From: a virus
Taxonomy: Duplodnaviria; Caudoviricetes
IMG/VR virus record: IMGVR_UViG_3300050821_002847
Span: 115-64,114 of that record
Reading direction: 5' to 3' (one strand)
DNA: 64,000 nt
In this document: one piece after another, positions 46,328 to 55,566 of the stretch
How positions within the stretch are numbered: position 1 is the first letter of the stretch
Layout of the letters: every line of letters starts with the position of its first letter
Notes under the pieces: model-generated
Database searches by the model: none
Seen by the model: the letters and a program-made list of their open reading frames with translations, nothing else
What the model was told of the DNA's origin: nothing
Program-made: the position numbers and the translations under genes

Positions 46328-46705
46328 ATGAGACTGAGAAAAGCGGTCGGACGCATCCTCTTCTTCGCGGTAGTCACCTACTTCGCGCCCGGGTGGAAGG
46401 TGTTCGCGCAGGCGGGCGCGGGTTATATGAAGGTCAACACGTCCCCCGTGACGGCACTGACCTATACCGACACTTCGATCAGCGACGGAGATTATTACCA
46501 GTACGAGATCACTGCGGTCGATAGCGTGACTGGGCAGGAGTCCACTCCGCTCGTCGCTAACTTCGTGCAGATTCCCGCCTCGGGAGTGCATTCAGTGACG
46601 ACGAAGTGGGGGGCGTCGCCCACGGCGAGTGTTACTTATAATGTGTACCGAACGCAGATACTTCCCCCCAACCCTCCGGTTGCCGGTAGCTCTACTGTGA
46701 ATTAA
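46328..46705 (+). CDS. Secreted fibronectin type III-like protein
   Basis: Signal peptide ending VFA-Q; YTDT....YQYEITAVD..GQES then W.AS....YNVYR (permuted FN3 order). Confidence 0.65.
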   Translation: MRLRKAVGRILFFAVVTYFAPGWKVFAQAGAGYMKVNTSPVTALTYTDTSISDGDYYQYEITAVDSVTGQESTPLVANFVQIPASGVHSVTTKWGASPTASVTYNVYRTQILPPNPPVAGSSTVN

Positions 46706-46746
46706 GGGCTACCGGCGATGGCGATGGTGGCTAGGAAAGTGAACAC

Positions 46747-46941
46747 ATGAGAATGCATAGAAGTTGGGCGGCTCAAAACCTCACCTTCGAGCGCAATTGC
46801 AAGTCATGCGGGAAACTTTTCACGGCAACCAATTCCCGGCAGATATTCTGCGATGCGGTGTGTCAGCAACGGCTCCAACAAATAAAATTGAATGCTAGGC
46901 GGAAGTCCGAAAGAGCACAGGCAAGAGCGGCCAAGGCATGA
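46747..46941 (+). CDS. Small zinc-finger protein
   Basis: CKSCGKLF...QIFCDAVC. Confidence 0.6.
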   Translation: MRMHRSWAAQNLTFERNCKSCGKLFTATNSRQIFCDAVCQQRLQQIKLNARRKSERAQARAAKA

Positions 46942-47228
46942 GAGATTACCTTATGCGGGTTGCCATCGGCTTCGACTGCTTTGTGAACGTGATTTGTGGT
47001 GGCTTGCTTGATGAGACAATTAGCGCTAGGTCTGGACGAGCGGCCCACGCCGGCAAGAGATGGGGCAAGATTTTATCCGGCGCCTTGGGTTTCTTCTTCC
47101 CGAATCATTGTCGGCACGCGGAGTTGCACGACGAGCAGCGGGCGGAATATGTGAGGTGGCTGGAATCGCAGTCTGATCCTATGTTGCGCAGGATGGCAAT
47201 GGCGATGAAAGGTGAGGTGAGCGCATGA
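46938..47228 (+). CDS. Conserved phage hypothetical protein
   Basis: D.FVNV..GG..DETISAR.GR...NHC motif. Confidence 0.65.
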   Translation: MRDYLMRVAIGFDCFVNVICGGLLDETISARSGRAAHAGKRWGKILSGALGFFFPNHCRHAELHDEQRAEYVRWLESQSDPMLRRMAMAMKGEVSA

Positions 47229-48034
47229 CTCTTCCCATCAGTCCGGCTGGACGGCGATATGGGTATATTCAGAATCCTCCCGACCATCGCGACTTCGGAC
47301 TGAGTTCTCTACCCATGCCGTCCGGTCCACCGCCGTCGTCGTTCTCGCTAAAGGAATGGCTGGGGCCGGTGAAAGATCAGGGCGACGAAGGCTCGTGTAC
47401 TGCACATGCCGGGACGGAGAACTTCGAGTTCCTTTATCGCAAGTACAAGGGCGAATCGCCCATCTTTAGCCCTGCATTTCTATATTACCAAGAGCGCGTG
47501 CTCGACGGCTCGACCACATTCGACGACGAGGGCTCCACCGGGCGCAGTTCGTGCAAGGCCATGAACCAGTTCGGCGTGTGTCTGGAGAGCGAGTGGCCTT
47601 ACGTCGCAGGACAGTACAGCATCCCTCCGACGCCGGGGCAACTCAGCGATGCCCTTGCGTACAGGTCTGGGGCCTATCATTTCCTGACCACCGTGGGAGA
47701 CATGAAGGCGTGCATTGCGTCGGGATACTGCTTTATGATTGGGTTCGCGGTGTATGAGTCCTTCGAGCGCATTGGCTCGGATGGCGTCATGCCAGTGCCA
47801 GACAAGGTGAAGGAGCAGGTGCTCGGTGGGCATGAGGTGCTCTGCTACGGATACAGCGACGCGAGGGGGATGCTGAGCGTGCTGAACTCCTGGGGAACGT
47901 CGTTCGGGGACGGGGGGACGTTCTACATGCCATATTCGGTCGCGGCGGATAAGGATATTCTGATGGACGCTGCGATTCAGCATCTAGGGCCGGGATGGCG
48001 TGCCGCACCACCCGCGCCAGTCTCGGTCCTGTGA
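47225..48034 (+). CDS. Papain-like cysteine peptidase (family C1)
   Basis: DQGDEGSC, GGH, NSWG catalytic motifs. Confidence 0.92.
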   Translation: MTLPISPAGRRYGYIQNPPDHRDFGLSSLPMPSGPPPSSFSLKEWLGPVKDQGDEGSCTAHAGTENFEFLYRKYKGESPIFSPAFLYYQERVLDGSTTFDDEGSTGRSSCKAMNQFGVCLESEWPYVAGQYSIPPTPGQLSDALAYRSGAYHFLTTVGDMKACIASGYCFMIGFAVYESFERIGSDGVMPVPDKVKEQVLGGHEVLCYGYSDARGMLSVLNSWGTSFGDGGTFYMPYSVAADKDILMDAAIQHLGPGWRAAPPAPVSVL

Positions 48035-48040
48035 GCCACG

Positions 48041-48235
48041 GTGCGCCACATCCTCCAACTCACGCACGGGCGCGCCTGGGGGTGCTCCGATTGCGCGTGG
48101 GAGTTCGAGCCAGAGAAAGGTCCACCCAAGGGGGATTCGCTGGAGGAGATGAAGGCGAACTACTTGCGCCAGCGGGACAGAGAGTTCGCGATACATAAGT
48201 GCGCGGAGCATCCGAGGACACGGCGGGATGAGTAA
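48041..48235 (+). CDS. Small Cys/His protein
   Basis: CSDC...HKC. Confidence 0.5.
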   Translation: MRHILQLTHGRAWGCSDCAWEFEPEKGPPKGDSLEEMKANYLRQRDREFAIHKCAEHPRTRRDE

Positions 48236-48785
48236 CGAGGCTCCAGGCTCCAGGGCGGATTGGGCGGAAGTCATCGCACGGCTGACTGCGATTCAGGACT
48301 CCATCAACCGTGCTGCTAGCAACGGGAAGGACAGGCCACCAGAGAAGATTCCTCTCATTGATCCTACCGCCAATGTTTTAAGTCTGGTCGAGGCGGCTGT
48401 AACACGGATAAACGACTTGCGAGACACAGATTTGAAGTGGCAAAGGGAACTACGTGAGCAGGAGCATAAATGTGGTGAGCAGCTACAGGCTGAACGCCAG
48501 CGAGCCGACAGTGAAGCGAAGAGGGCAGAGTCAGGGCGTATTGATTCTCTCTTAGCCGCCAGTACAAACAATGTCGCTCTGGCCCTCGCGAAGCAGGAAT
48601 CTCAAGCCTTGGCACAGGAGAAAAGAATTGCAGTGGTAGAACAGAACCAATATCAAGGCGTCGGTGCGGCGGGGCAGCGAGTCGAAGGGCGCCAGTTGAG
48701 TCAGTGGGCGGTAGGCATCGCAGTCGTGATTGGCATAGCAATAGTCGAGATTTTAGTACGCCTGTTGCCTGCGGCAGGCAAATAA
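48228..48785 (+). CDS. Coiled-coil protein with C-terminal TM helix
   Basis: Charged helix then WAVGIAVVIGIAIV. Confidence 0.65.
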   Translation: MSNEAPGSRADWAEVIARLTAIQDSINRAASNGKDRPPEKIPLIDPTANVLSLVEAAVTRINDLRDTDLKWQRELREQEHKCGEQLQAERQRADSEAKRAESGRIDSLLAASTNNVALALAKQESQALAQEKRIAVVEQNQYQGVGAAGQRVEGRQLSQWAVGIAVVIGIAIVEILVRLLPAAGK

Positions 48786-48795
48786 GGGAGGGACT

Positions 48796-49053
48796 ATGAT
48801 GGCAACTCTAATGCTAAATCCAATCGCCATGATGGTCGAGTTCATCGTGTTCTGCTGCTGCGTAGCCGTCGTGATAATTCTAGGACGCTGGCTGCTCAGC
48901 CTCACCGGACTTTCCATCCCGCAGCCGCTGCTGGTAGTCCTAGCGATCATCGCGTTCATAGTTCTGCTGATGATCTTCCTGAACTGGACCGGGATATACG
49001 ATATGAACTTCGGAGGCTTAGGGCATCCCGGACATTCGATTACGGTACGGTGA
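48796..49053 (+). CDS. Holin-like two-TM protein
   Basis: Two hydrophobic helices directly before endolysin. Confidence 0.55.
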   Translation: MMATLMLNPIAMMVEFIVFCCCVAVVIILGRWLLSLTGLSIPQPLLVVLAIIAFIVLLMIFLNWTGIYDMNFGGLGHPGHSITVR

Positions 49054-49511
49054 TGGCGCTCGATAACATCTCGGAGGCGAGACTGGCCGAGGTCCACCCG
49101 GCGCTGGCGGCGCGGATTAGAACGCTCGCGTCACAGTTGGACTTCCCGCTGCGCATCACTGCCGGGATTCGCACCGTGGCGCAGCAGGACGCTCTGTACG
49201 CGCAGGGGAGAACTGAGCCGGGGCCGGTGGTTACGAACGCGCAGGGGACCGAGAGTAACCATGTGCTCGGGCTCGCCTGTGACATCGTACCTATGGACCT
49301 GCCGGACGTGCATCCCGACTGGGACGCCTCGGACGCCTCGTGGAAGCGCATCGTGGCGCTCGCAGCATCGAACGGATTGCGCGACGGGGTGAGTTGGAAG
49401 GACGAGCCGCATCTGGAACTGGCGGAGGTACCGGAGGTGCCTACGGCGGAGATGCAACAGGTCTATATGGACGCGGGGACTGTAGGGGTCTGGGCGGAGA
49501 TTAACGTCTGA
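49050..49511 (+). CDS. Endolysin, M15-family peptidase (L-Ala-D-Glu type)
   Basis: RTVAQQDALYAQGRT, SNHVLGLACD, DEPHLE. Confidence 0.9.
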   Translation: MMALDNISEARLAEVHPALAARIRTLASQLDFPLRITAGIRTVAQQDALYAQGRTEPGPVVTNAQGTESNHVLGLACDIVPMDLPDVHPDWDASDASWKRIVALAASNGLRDGVSWKDEPHLELAEVPEVPTAEMQQVYMDAGTVGVWAEINV

Positions 49512-52447
49512 TTCGCCTCGGGTAGCTTGATCGGCTCCATCGCCCGCCAGTTTTTACCGTACGATCCCTCGACGCCTATCACAAGGCCCTCCGGCGCGAT
49601 CACTGGATGCTTCAGCACGGTCGATGGCGAGGTCAGCACCGGATAAATCTCACGCGCATGCTCTTCCAGCATCGACTCTGGGAAATGGAACATAAAACTA
49701 TCGTGAACTGTGTTGAACAGGCCATACTTCGAGTCCAGTCCCGCGCGGTGCAGAGCCTTCAGTTTCTCGCGGATATGGCCGAATGCAATGTTCGCTAGGC
49801 GATATGCGACCGCCTCCTCGGCTTGGTCCCCATGGCCCCAATCGCTGCGCTTGGCGTCCCACCGATAGACCTCGTAGAATCGCCGGATGAATCCGAAGGG
49901 CGTGCGAAGTTCGCGCTTCTCGTGGGCCTCCTTGCGCTGACGCTCCTGGAACTCGAACACTTTGGGGAATAGCTTCTCGGCAGTAGCGAGAACCTCTTCG
50001 GCGATCTGCCTGCCGGTCTGCTTGCCGGTCCCCTTGCACTTCAGGCAGCGCCGGGTGCGTCCGCTCGCAAGCGTCTTACCCACGCCGTCGCAGGCGACGC
50101 AGGCACGCGGAGGGAAGGACTCCATGTAGCGTTCGTACAGCCCCTTGGCCTTGAGGCCATTCCCGATTCCGAGTATGCCATGCTTCGCCTGATCGTCGCG
50201 GACGAGTTTCCGCGCAGGATCGCTCTTGAGCCATTTGAATCGCGCGAGGAGTTGCTCGTCGGATTCGGAGAACGCCTGGAAGCCGTCCCAGAGATTCAAG
50301 AAGTGGCCCGCGACGAAGGAGTGAATGTCCAGCCGCCCGAGGCGCATGTAGTTCAGGTCTTCGGCGAGGAATCCCAGCGTAATAACGTGGCAGGATTTGA
50401 AGTCCCATTCGGTCAGCACGCAGCCGTCGTCCGCCGCGACCATCTCACGCATCGAGTCCGCGAGTTCCCTCGTGGGCTTGAGCTTCGGAAAGTTCTGCTG
50501 GTTCGGATTGCGCGACGATAGCTGGCCGATAGCGGGTGCGAACGTGAAGGTGGTGTGTACTCGCCTGTCCGGCCCCGGCGCGAACCCATCCACGTAAGTC
50601 CCTCGCATCTTCGTATAGCCCTTATAGTCCCGGCATTTGAGATAGAACGAATCGTCGGTGCGGATCGCGAGGCGCTCCAGTTCCTTCGCCTCGGTCGAGT
50701 CCTTGGCGTTGCCTTCTTCGTCCACTTCGCGGGACTTCGGGCGCTTGTGGCGCTTGGCGCCCATGTAGGCGAGGATTTGCGGGGGCGAGTTGGGATTGAA
50801 GTCGTAGACGCGGCACCAGCGGAGCGTTTTATGGATTACGGGACCGCCAGTGGCCGCGTCCACAACGGGTACGTCGAAGTCGCGGAGTTCGTAGTGATAC
50901 GTCTCGTCATCGTTGAATAGCGTGTCAGTCAGCAGCTTATATCGGTGCGCCTCCCATTCCTCGAACGTGGTCTGCTCGACCTTAGAAGTCTCAGATAGCG
51001 GATGCTCGATGCCCCACTTCTTAACCTCCGGTGGCACGCCCTTGTATCCATCCTTGGGATGCACCCGGCAGCACTCCGCCGGGGCCAGCTTCGCGATCTC
51101 CGCGCCCAAGTCCGCCTGCGCGGCCTCGAAGCGCGCGCCGAGGCGCAGCCGCGCGGCGTCGTCGATGGGCATCCCGCGATCTTCCATTGCTGCTAAGACC
51201 GGACGGACCTCTGCCACCTGTCCCAGATAGCCAATCGTCTCGTCGCCCCATAGGCCATCTCTTTTAAGAGTTGCCCCCAATAAATTGTAGAGCCTGAGAG
51301 TAGCGTCGACGTCGCAGCAACCGTAGAACTCGATGTTAGCACTAGCCAGATGCTTCCAAGGAAAAGGGAACTGTACAAAGGAAGCACAGAACTGTAGATG
51401 AGCAGGCAAATCCGGCTGCCAATGATGAAACATCTGTAGCGTGTCATGGATCACCCCTCGCGGCTGGAGGTCGAGGCCCTCGCGCTCGCCTGCTGCGCGG
51501 AGGACTTTGTTGTCGAAGAGCCAGACGTTGTGGCCACATTTTAAGTTCGGTGAGTGGAGGATTTTCTGGACGACCTGCTTGAAGGGAGATTGGACGAAGT
51601 TAAGATCGTCGTCGAAAGAATCCCAAGGGAGCGCAATCGCGCCTCGGCCTTCGATTGCGAATTGAACAAGCTCGATATGAGTGCTAGTGAAGCCCTCTCG
51701 CGCGTCCTCGTCCATGGACTTCGATTCAGATGTCTCGATATCGTAAGATATCGGAAGGCCAGGGTTTGCAAGGCAATAGGCCAAGAAGGCTTCGGCCTCT
51801 TCGAGCGACGGGTGCGTGGCATATTTCAATCCTCCCCACGTAGTAGAATCCTCTGGGTCCACTCCCCACATCCACTCGCGGTCCTTTCCGGCGGCGATGT
51901 TCACCGCGCGCTGGAGGATGCGGGCGAACACGCCCTGGTGCGAGGCTTTGCCACGGCGCAGGAAGGCGGGGTGGAACACAGGCACCGTGGGGGTATCGTT
52001 AGGCCCTGGTAGGACGTAGCCTGCGAGGTGAGAGACCCCGAGGGCTTCCCCTGCCAGTCCTGTGAGTTCTCGGGTCGCCACTCCTCCTAGAGCCAGTATC
52101 GCGCGAGGCTTACGTTCCGCGATTACTTGGTCTAGATTGGGACGGCAGTGGCGCAGCGCGCTATATTCCCATGGAGCATTCTCAAGAAAATTTCCGCGTG
52201 GCCTGCAACGGATGCAATTCGTGACGCTGAGCATTTGCCGGTCGATGCCCATGCGCTTGAGAATTCGCTCGAAAACGGAACCTGAGGGTGCATATGGCCG
52301 TAGCGGCAACTCGTCGCGCTGCTCGTGCTCTCCACTGGCCTCTGCGACCGCAAGAAGGCCGCTGCTGCCGGTGCCCTCAACGCGTGAAAAGTCCTGGCCG
52401 TGGGCGTAGAGGGAACATCCGAGGCAGGATTCAGGTTTCTGTCGCAC
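49463..52447 (-). CDS. polA: Family A DNA polymerase with N-terminal family-4 UDG-like domain and 3'-5' exonuclease
   Basis: UDG CxxC, TNCIRCRP, HPA; Exo DIET, GHN..FD, YGCCD; Pol LSSRNPNQQN, WDFK, DIHS, AKH, VHDS. Confidence 0.9.
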   Translation of the reverse strand: MRQKPESCLGCSLYAHGQDFSRVEGTGSSGLLAVAEASGEHEQRDELPLRPYAPSGSVFERILKRMGIDRQMLSVTNCIRCRPRGNFLENAPWEYSALRHCRPNLDQVIAERKPRAILALGGVATRELTGLAGEALGVSHLAGYVLPGPNDTPTVPVFHPAFLRRGKASHQGVFARILQRAVNIAAGKDREWMWGVDPEDSTTWGGLKYATHPSLEEAEAFLAYCLANPGLPISYDIETSESKSMDEDAREGFTSTHIELVQFAIEGRGAIALPWDSFDDDLNFVQSPFKQVVQKILHSPNLKCGHNVWLFDNKVLRAAGEREGLDLQPRGVIHDTLQMFHHWQPDLPAHLQFCASFVQFPFPWKHLASANIEFYGCCDVDATLRLYNLLGATLKRDGLWGDETIGYLGQVAEVRPVLAAMEDRGMPIDDAARLRLGARFEAAQADLGAEIAKLAPAECCRVHPKDGYKGVPPEVKKWGIEHPLSETSKVEQTTFEEWEAHRYKLLTDTLFNDDETYHYELRDFDVPVVDAATGGPVIHKTLRWCRVYDFNPNSPPQILAYMGAKRHKRPKSREVDEEGNAKDSTEAKELERLAIRTDDSFYLKCRDYKGYTKMRGTYVDGFAPGPDRRVHTTFTFAPAIGQLSSRNPNQQNFPKLKPTRELADSMREMVAADDGCVLTEWDFKSCHVITLGFLAEDLNYMRLGRLDIHSFVAGHFLNLWDGFQAFSESDEQLLARFKWLKSDPARKLVRDDQAKHGILGIGNGLKAKGLYERYMESFPPRACVACDGVGKTLASGRTRRCLKCKGTGKQTGRQIAEEVLATAEKLFPKVFEFQERQRKEAHEKRELRTPFGFIRRFYEVYRWDAKRSDWGHGDQAEEAVAYRLANIAFGHIREKLKALHRAGLDSKYGLFNTVHDSFMFHFPESMLEEHAREIYPVLTSPSTVLKHPVIAPEGLVIGVEGSYGKNWRAMEPIKLPEANQTLISAQTPTVPASI

Positions 52448-52450
52448 ACG

Positions 52451-52735
52451 TCACGCAGCCTCTCGAATCGCCCGGGCACGCGCGAGGTCGTAAATCTCGC
52501 CGATGCGCTCCACGAGCGCCACGACAGAATGCCGGTCGAACGACTCTGGGGAGAATGTCTCTACTTCTACATCCACGCAAATCTCTCGCTTGGTCGATTC
52601 GCCTTCGTCGTCCAAGTCTTCAATGTCGGTGATGACTTCCTTCTCGACGGTCTCAGTCGGCAGATCGGCCAGCAGCCGTCGTATATCTTCGATCTCAAAC
52701 TCCAGTAGATTCAGCATCGTCGTCATCCTCCTCAT
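52451..52735 (-). CDS. Acidic hypothetical protein
   Basis: E/D-rich ORF in the replication operon. Confidence 0.6.
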   Translation of the reverse strand: MRRMTTMLNLLEFEIEDIRRLLADLPTETVEKEVITDIEDLDDEGESTKREICVDVEVETFSPESFDRHSVVALVERIGEIYDLARARAIREAA

Positions 52736-52952
52736 AGGCTTCCCTGTAGCGTCTCCGTGCCTCTGCTAGCCCCACCGCCACGCTGCCATACTGGCCGACC
52801 AGCAACTCCTCCACCCGCCGCTTGATTTCCGGGTCGGCGCGCATGTTTAGGGCCGCGCGGAGGCGCATGGACTCGGTTGTATAGCCCCAAGGCGTTTTTA
52901 TCTTTGGGGGGCGATTACGAATCTTGTCGATAAACTTGCGAATCAGAGCCAC
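52695..52952 (-). CDS. Hypothetical protein
   Basis: GTG 52952 after GGAGG. Confidence 0.55.
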   Translation of the reverse strand: MALIRKFIDKIRNRPPKIKTPWGYTTESMRLRAALNMRADPEIKRRVEELLVGQYGSVAVGLAEARRRYREAYEEDDDDAESTGV

Positions 52953-54274
52953 GGTTGCACCTCCGGCGCGACGGTACACTGCTTAATAAACCTGTCCTTG
53001 CTCCCCACGATACGAAGCCCTTCGAGAGTCCTCACGCGCGAAAATGCCACGTATACCATAGAGGGTTTGTTCATGGTCCAGTGGCGCACATCGACCTGGA
53101 TGCGGTCTAGAGTCAGCGATTGTGTCTTATGTACCGTGGACGCCGCCGCGAGCCTCATCGGATGCCACTCCACCTGTCCAAGCACATATTTCTTCGCCCG
53201 CCCGCGATAGTGCCTCTGGGGGATGTACCCGCCCTCGTCCTCGATGCGATGGATGGACTCACCCTGCCAGTCGTCAGGGCGGTCGGACTGGTCTACGTGG
53301 CGAACGATGCGGCGGAGTTCCACGTCGGCGTCGGTGCGCAGCAGGTGGACGGTGAACACGTCGTTGTCGAAGGAGACGATGTGGCCGGTGTCGCCGTTGA
53401 CCATTGTAAAATCTGGGGTGTTCGCGAGCAGCATGACCAGCGCGCCGATCTTGAACTCTTGCACGGGCGCGATGCCCCACTCGTGCGTCCGCTGGTTCTC
53501 CCCCCACTCGGGACGCTGCTGGCCCCAGCGGCGCGACAGGACGCGGAGGCGCGGTCCGGGAACGCGGTCGAGGGCCATTTCGTTGTAGCGGCGGACGTTT
53601 TCGTTCACTGGGAGGATCGTGGTGCCGTCGAACTCGGAGTCGAGTTGCGTGTGCCACGTTGCGCCCGCCGCCAAGAGGACTTCGCTCGCGGGTCCGCCTT
53701 GGCCTGCGCGGAGCAAGTTGAGGGCGTCTAGGAATGGCCCGCCGTCTTGGCGATAGACGTGTTCGAGACGCTCGGTGTGCTCGGCGAACCGAGGCCAGCA
53801 GTCGGCGTGGAACACCCAATCGCCGGACACTGGCGGGAGTTGCGCGAGATCGCCGACCAGCAGGATTCCCAGCGGATGTACTACGTCTAGGTTCCGGTTC
53901 GCTTCCTGCACCCCGCGATACCAGAGGTCCAACTGCGCGCCTTCAGCCATGGAATACTCTTCGATAATCAATCGACGATATCGGAGGGCCACGTCATGCA
54001 GAGTACGAGTGAGCCGTCCTGTAAGGTAAATATCGCGTAGGCTAGCGGTGTCATAATAGCGACACACGGAGTTTATCGTCACCGTGCCTAGATTCACGCT
54101 CGCAATTCCGGTTGTCGCGGTGAGCAGCCCATAGGTCGGGTCTTCTCGCGTGCGGGCCATCAGGGTGAAGGTTTTTCCCGTTCCTGCGCAACCGATGAGG
54201 CGCTGGCAGGGGACTTCACGGTCCTCGCGATACTCCTGTAGCGCCTCGCCGTCGAATTGGACTTCTCCGTACAT
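52943..54274 (-). CDS. Pif1/RecD-like SF1B helicase
   Basis: GCAGTGKT, IIEEYSM, GDLAQLPPV, RQ, TVHKTQSLTL, YVAFSR. Confidence 0.9.
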   Translation of the reverse strand: MYGEVQFDGEALQEYREDREVPCQRLIGCAGTGKTFTLMARTREDPTYGLLTATTGIASVNLGTVTINSVCRYYDTASLRDIYLTGRLTRTLHDVALRYRRLIIEEYSMAEGAQLDLWYRGVQEANRNLDVVHPLGILLVGDLAQLPPVSGDWVFHADCWPRFAEHTERLEHVYRQDGGPFLDALNLLRAGQGGPASEVLLAAGATWHTQLDSEFDGTTILPVNENVRRYNEMALDRVPGPRLRVLSRRWGQQRPEWGENQRTHEWGIAPVQEFKIGALVMLLANTPDFTMVNGDTGHIVSFDNDVFTVHLLRTDADVELRRIVRHVDQSDRPDDWQGESIHRIEDEGGYIPQRHYRGRAKKYVLGQVEWHPMRLAAASTVHKTQSLTLDRIQVDVRHWTMNKPSMVYVAFSRVRTLEGLRIVGSKDRFIKQCTVAPEVQPWL

Positions 54275-54513
54275 CAGTCTATTGGAATGCCGGACTGTGG
54301 ATGCGTTGGCTGTACTGTCTCCGATGCGTTTGTCTTGGCCTTGCGCGTCCGCCGCACCGCCTTCGGTCGCGACGCCTTCGACGCATTGATCGCCTCGTCC
54401 AGGCGGGCGTCCATGATCTCGCCGACCAGTTGGAACGCTACGCGTGCTTCATCTAGGTTCGCTTCGCGGAAGAATTGGACTGCCTTGCTGAGCTTCGAGC
54501 CTCGTGATGCCAT
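54274..54513 (-). CDS. Hypothetical protein
   Basis: Coupled to helicase start. Confidence 0.6.
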   Translation of the reverse strand: MASRGSKLSKAVQFFREANLDEARVAFQLVGEIMDARLDEAINASKASRPKAVRRTRKAKTNASETVQPTHPQSGIPID

Positions 54514-54707
54514 CATTTCCTCCCCATCAATTCCTTAATAGAATCGTACATTGGCCCGCGCTTGCGACGCTTCATTGTCGCACGCTGATCGTTCTGTCTG
54601 TCCTGATCCTTTTGCAACATAAGCCGATTCAGCCCACTCTTGGGATACTTCGTGCCGAATGCCTTGCGGTGCTTACTGTGACCTAAATTATGCGTTGTCT
54701 GCTGCAT
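54513..54707 (-). CDS. Small basic hypothetical protein
   Basis: ATG 54707; the longer ORF call overlaps the next gene. Confidence 0.45.
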   Translation of the reverse strand: MQQTTHNLGHSKHRKAFGTKYPKSGLNRLMLQKDQDRQNDQRATMKRRKRGPMYDSIKELMGRK

Positions 54708-54795
54708 GGCTAAGGGCCGAATCCTCCCCACGCTCGGCCCTACACGTGTTGTAACGCGACTAGGCTTAGTGGCAAGCCCAGCGCCCAGGAGTCCG

Positions 54796-55566
54796 CTACT
54801 TAATCTCCGACAATGCCACGAACCGCGCAATCGTCGCCCTGGCCTTCGACACGCCATGACCTTGATCCTTCGAGCACCGCATCTCCGGCACCGGCTTCCC
54901 ATGATCCTGCGGGAAGTTGCGCATCCCGGTGATGGACTTCGGGTACGCCTGCCCGGACGCCTTCGCGGCCTTCCCGCAGCCCTCGCAGTTCCACTCCCAC
55001 TGCGTCTCGACGCCGATCTCAGGCTCCCCGGCGAGCGCTTTGTGCAGCGTGAGCATCCAGTCCTTGTGTGTGAGCTTCGTACCCGACTTGACCCACGGCT
55101 CCCCGCTGGGCTGGCGCAGCATCTTCAGAATCGTCTGGACCTTCGAGGAGTTGTCCCGGCCCATGAACGTCGCCACGTTGAAGTCGTAGAGTTTGATCCC
55201 GTCGTGCTTGCCGTTGGGGTCGATGATCGACGCCTCGACTCCAGTGACGAGGACGAGTTGCGGTTGCTGGCGTCCCCACTTCGCGGCGATGTACCCGGCC
55301 TCGATGGGCTTGCCGCTGGCGTCCTTCGGCGGGGCGAGTTTGAGCTTGGCGCGGTACTTGCCATCGGGCGGCGGCGGCGGGAACGCATAGGCGTCGCCTT
55401 CGAGGTTAACGTCGAGGGCCTCGCTTGTGAGCCGAGGGTCGTTGGGGTCGATGAACTCTTGGACCTGATCGCCTGCGCCCGCTGCGGAACCGTTGACAGG
55501 CGATTCTGATGGTGTGTCTACCTGCGGTTGGCCGAATGATGGTGCTCCGAATCCTGGGGTGCTCAT
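54796..55566 (-). CDS. Putative ssDNA-binding protein (DUF669-like OB fold)
   Basis: PPPDGKYRAKL motif; near Sak4-like ATPase; extra CxxC. Confidence 0.5.
   Translation of the reverse strand: MSTPGFGAPSFGQPQVDTPSESPVNGSAAGAGDQVQEFIDPNDPRLTSEALDVNLEGDAYAFPPPPPDGKYRAKLKLAPPKDASGKPIEAGYIAAKWGRQQPQLVLVTGVEASIIDPNGKHDGIKLYDFNVATFMGRDNSSKVQTILKMLRQPSGEPWVKSGTKLTHKDWMLTLHKALAGEPEIGVETQWEWNCEGCGKAAKASGQAYPKSITGMRNFPQDHGKPVPEMRCSKDQGHGVSKARATIARFVALSEIK

Noticed and set aside
49463-52447. Z-genome (DpoZ/PurZ) or deazaguanine modification as explanation for the odd polymerase
   Set aside because: No PurZ, DatZ, Que/Dpd or thymidylate-synthase-like genes recognised
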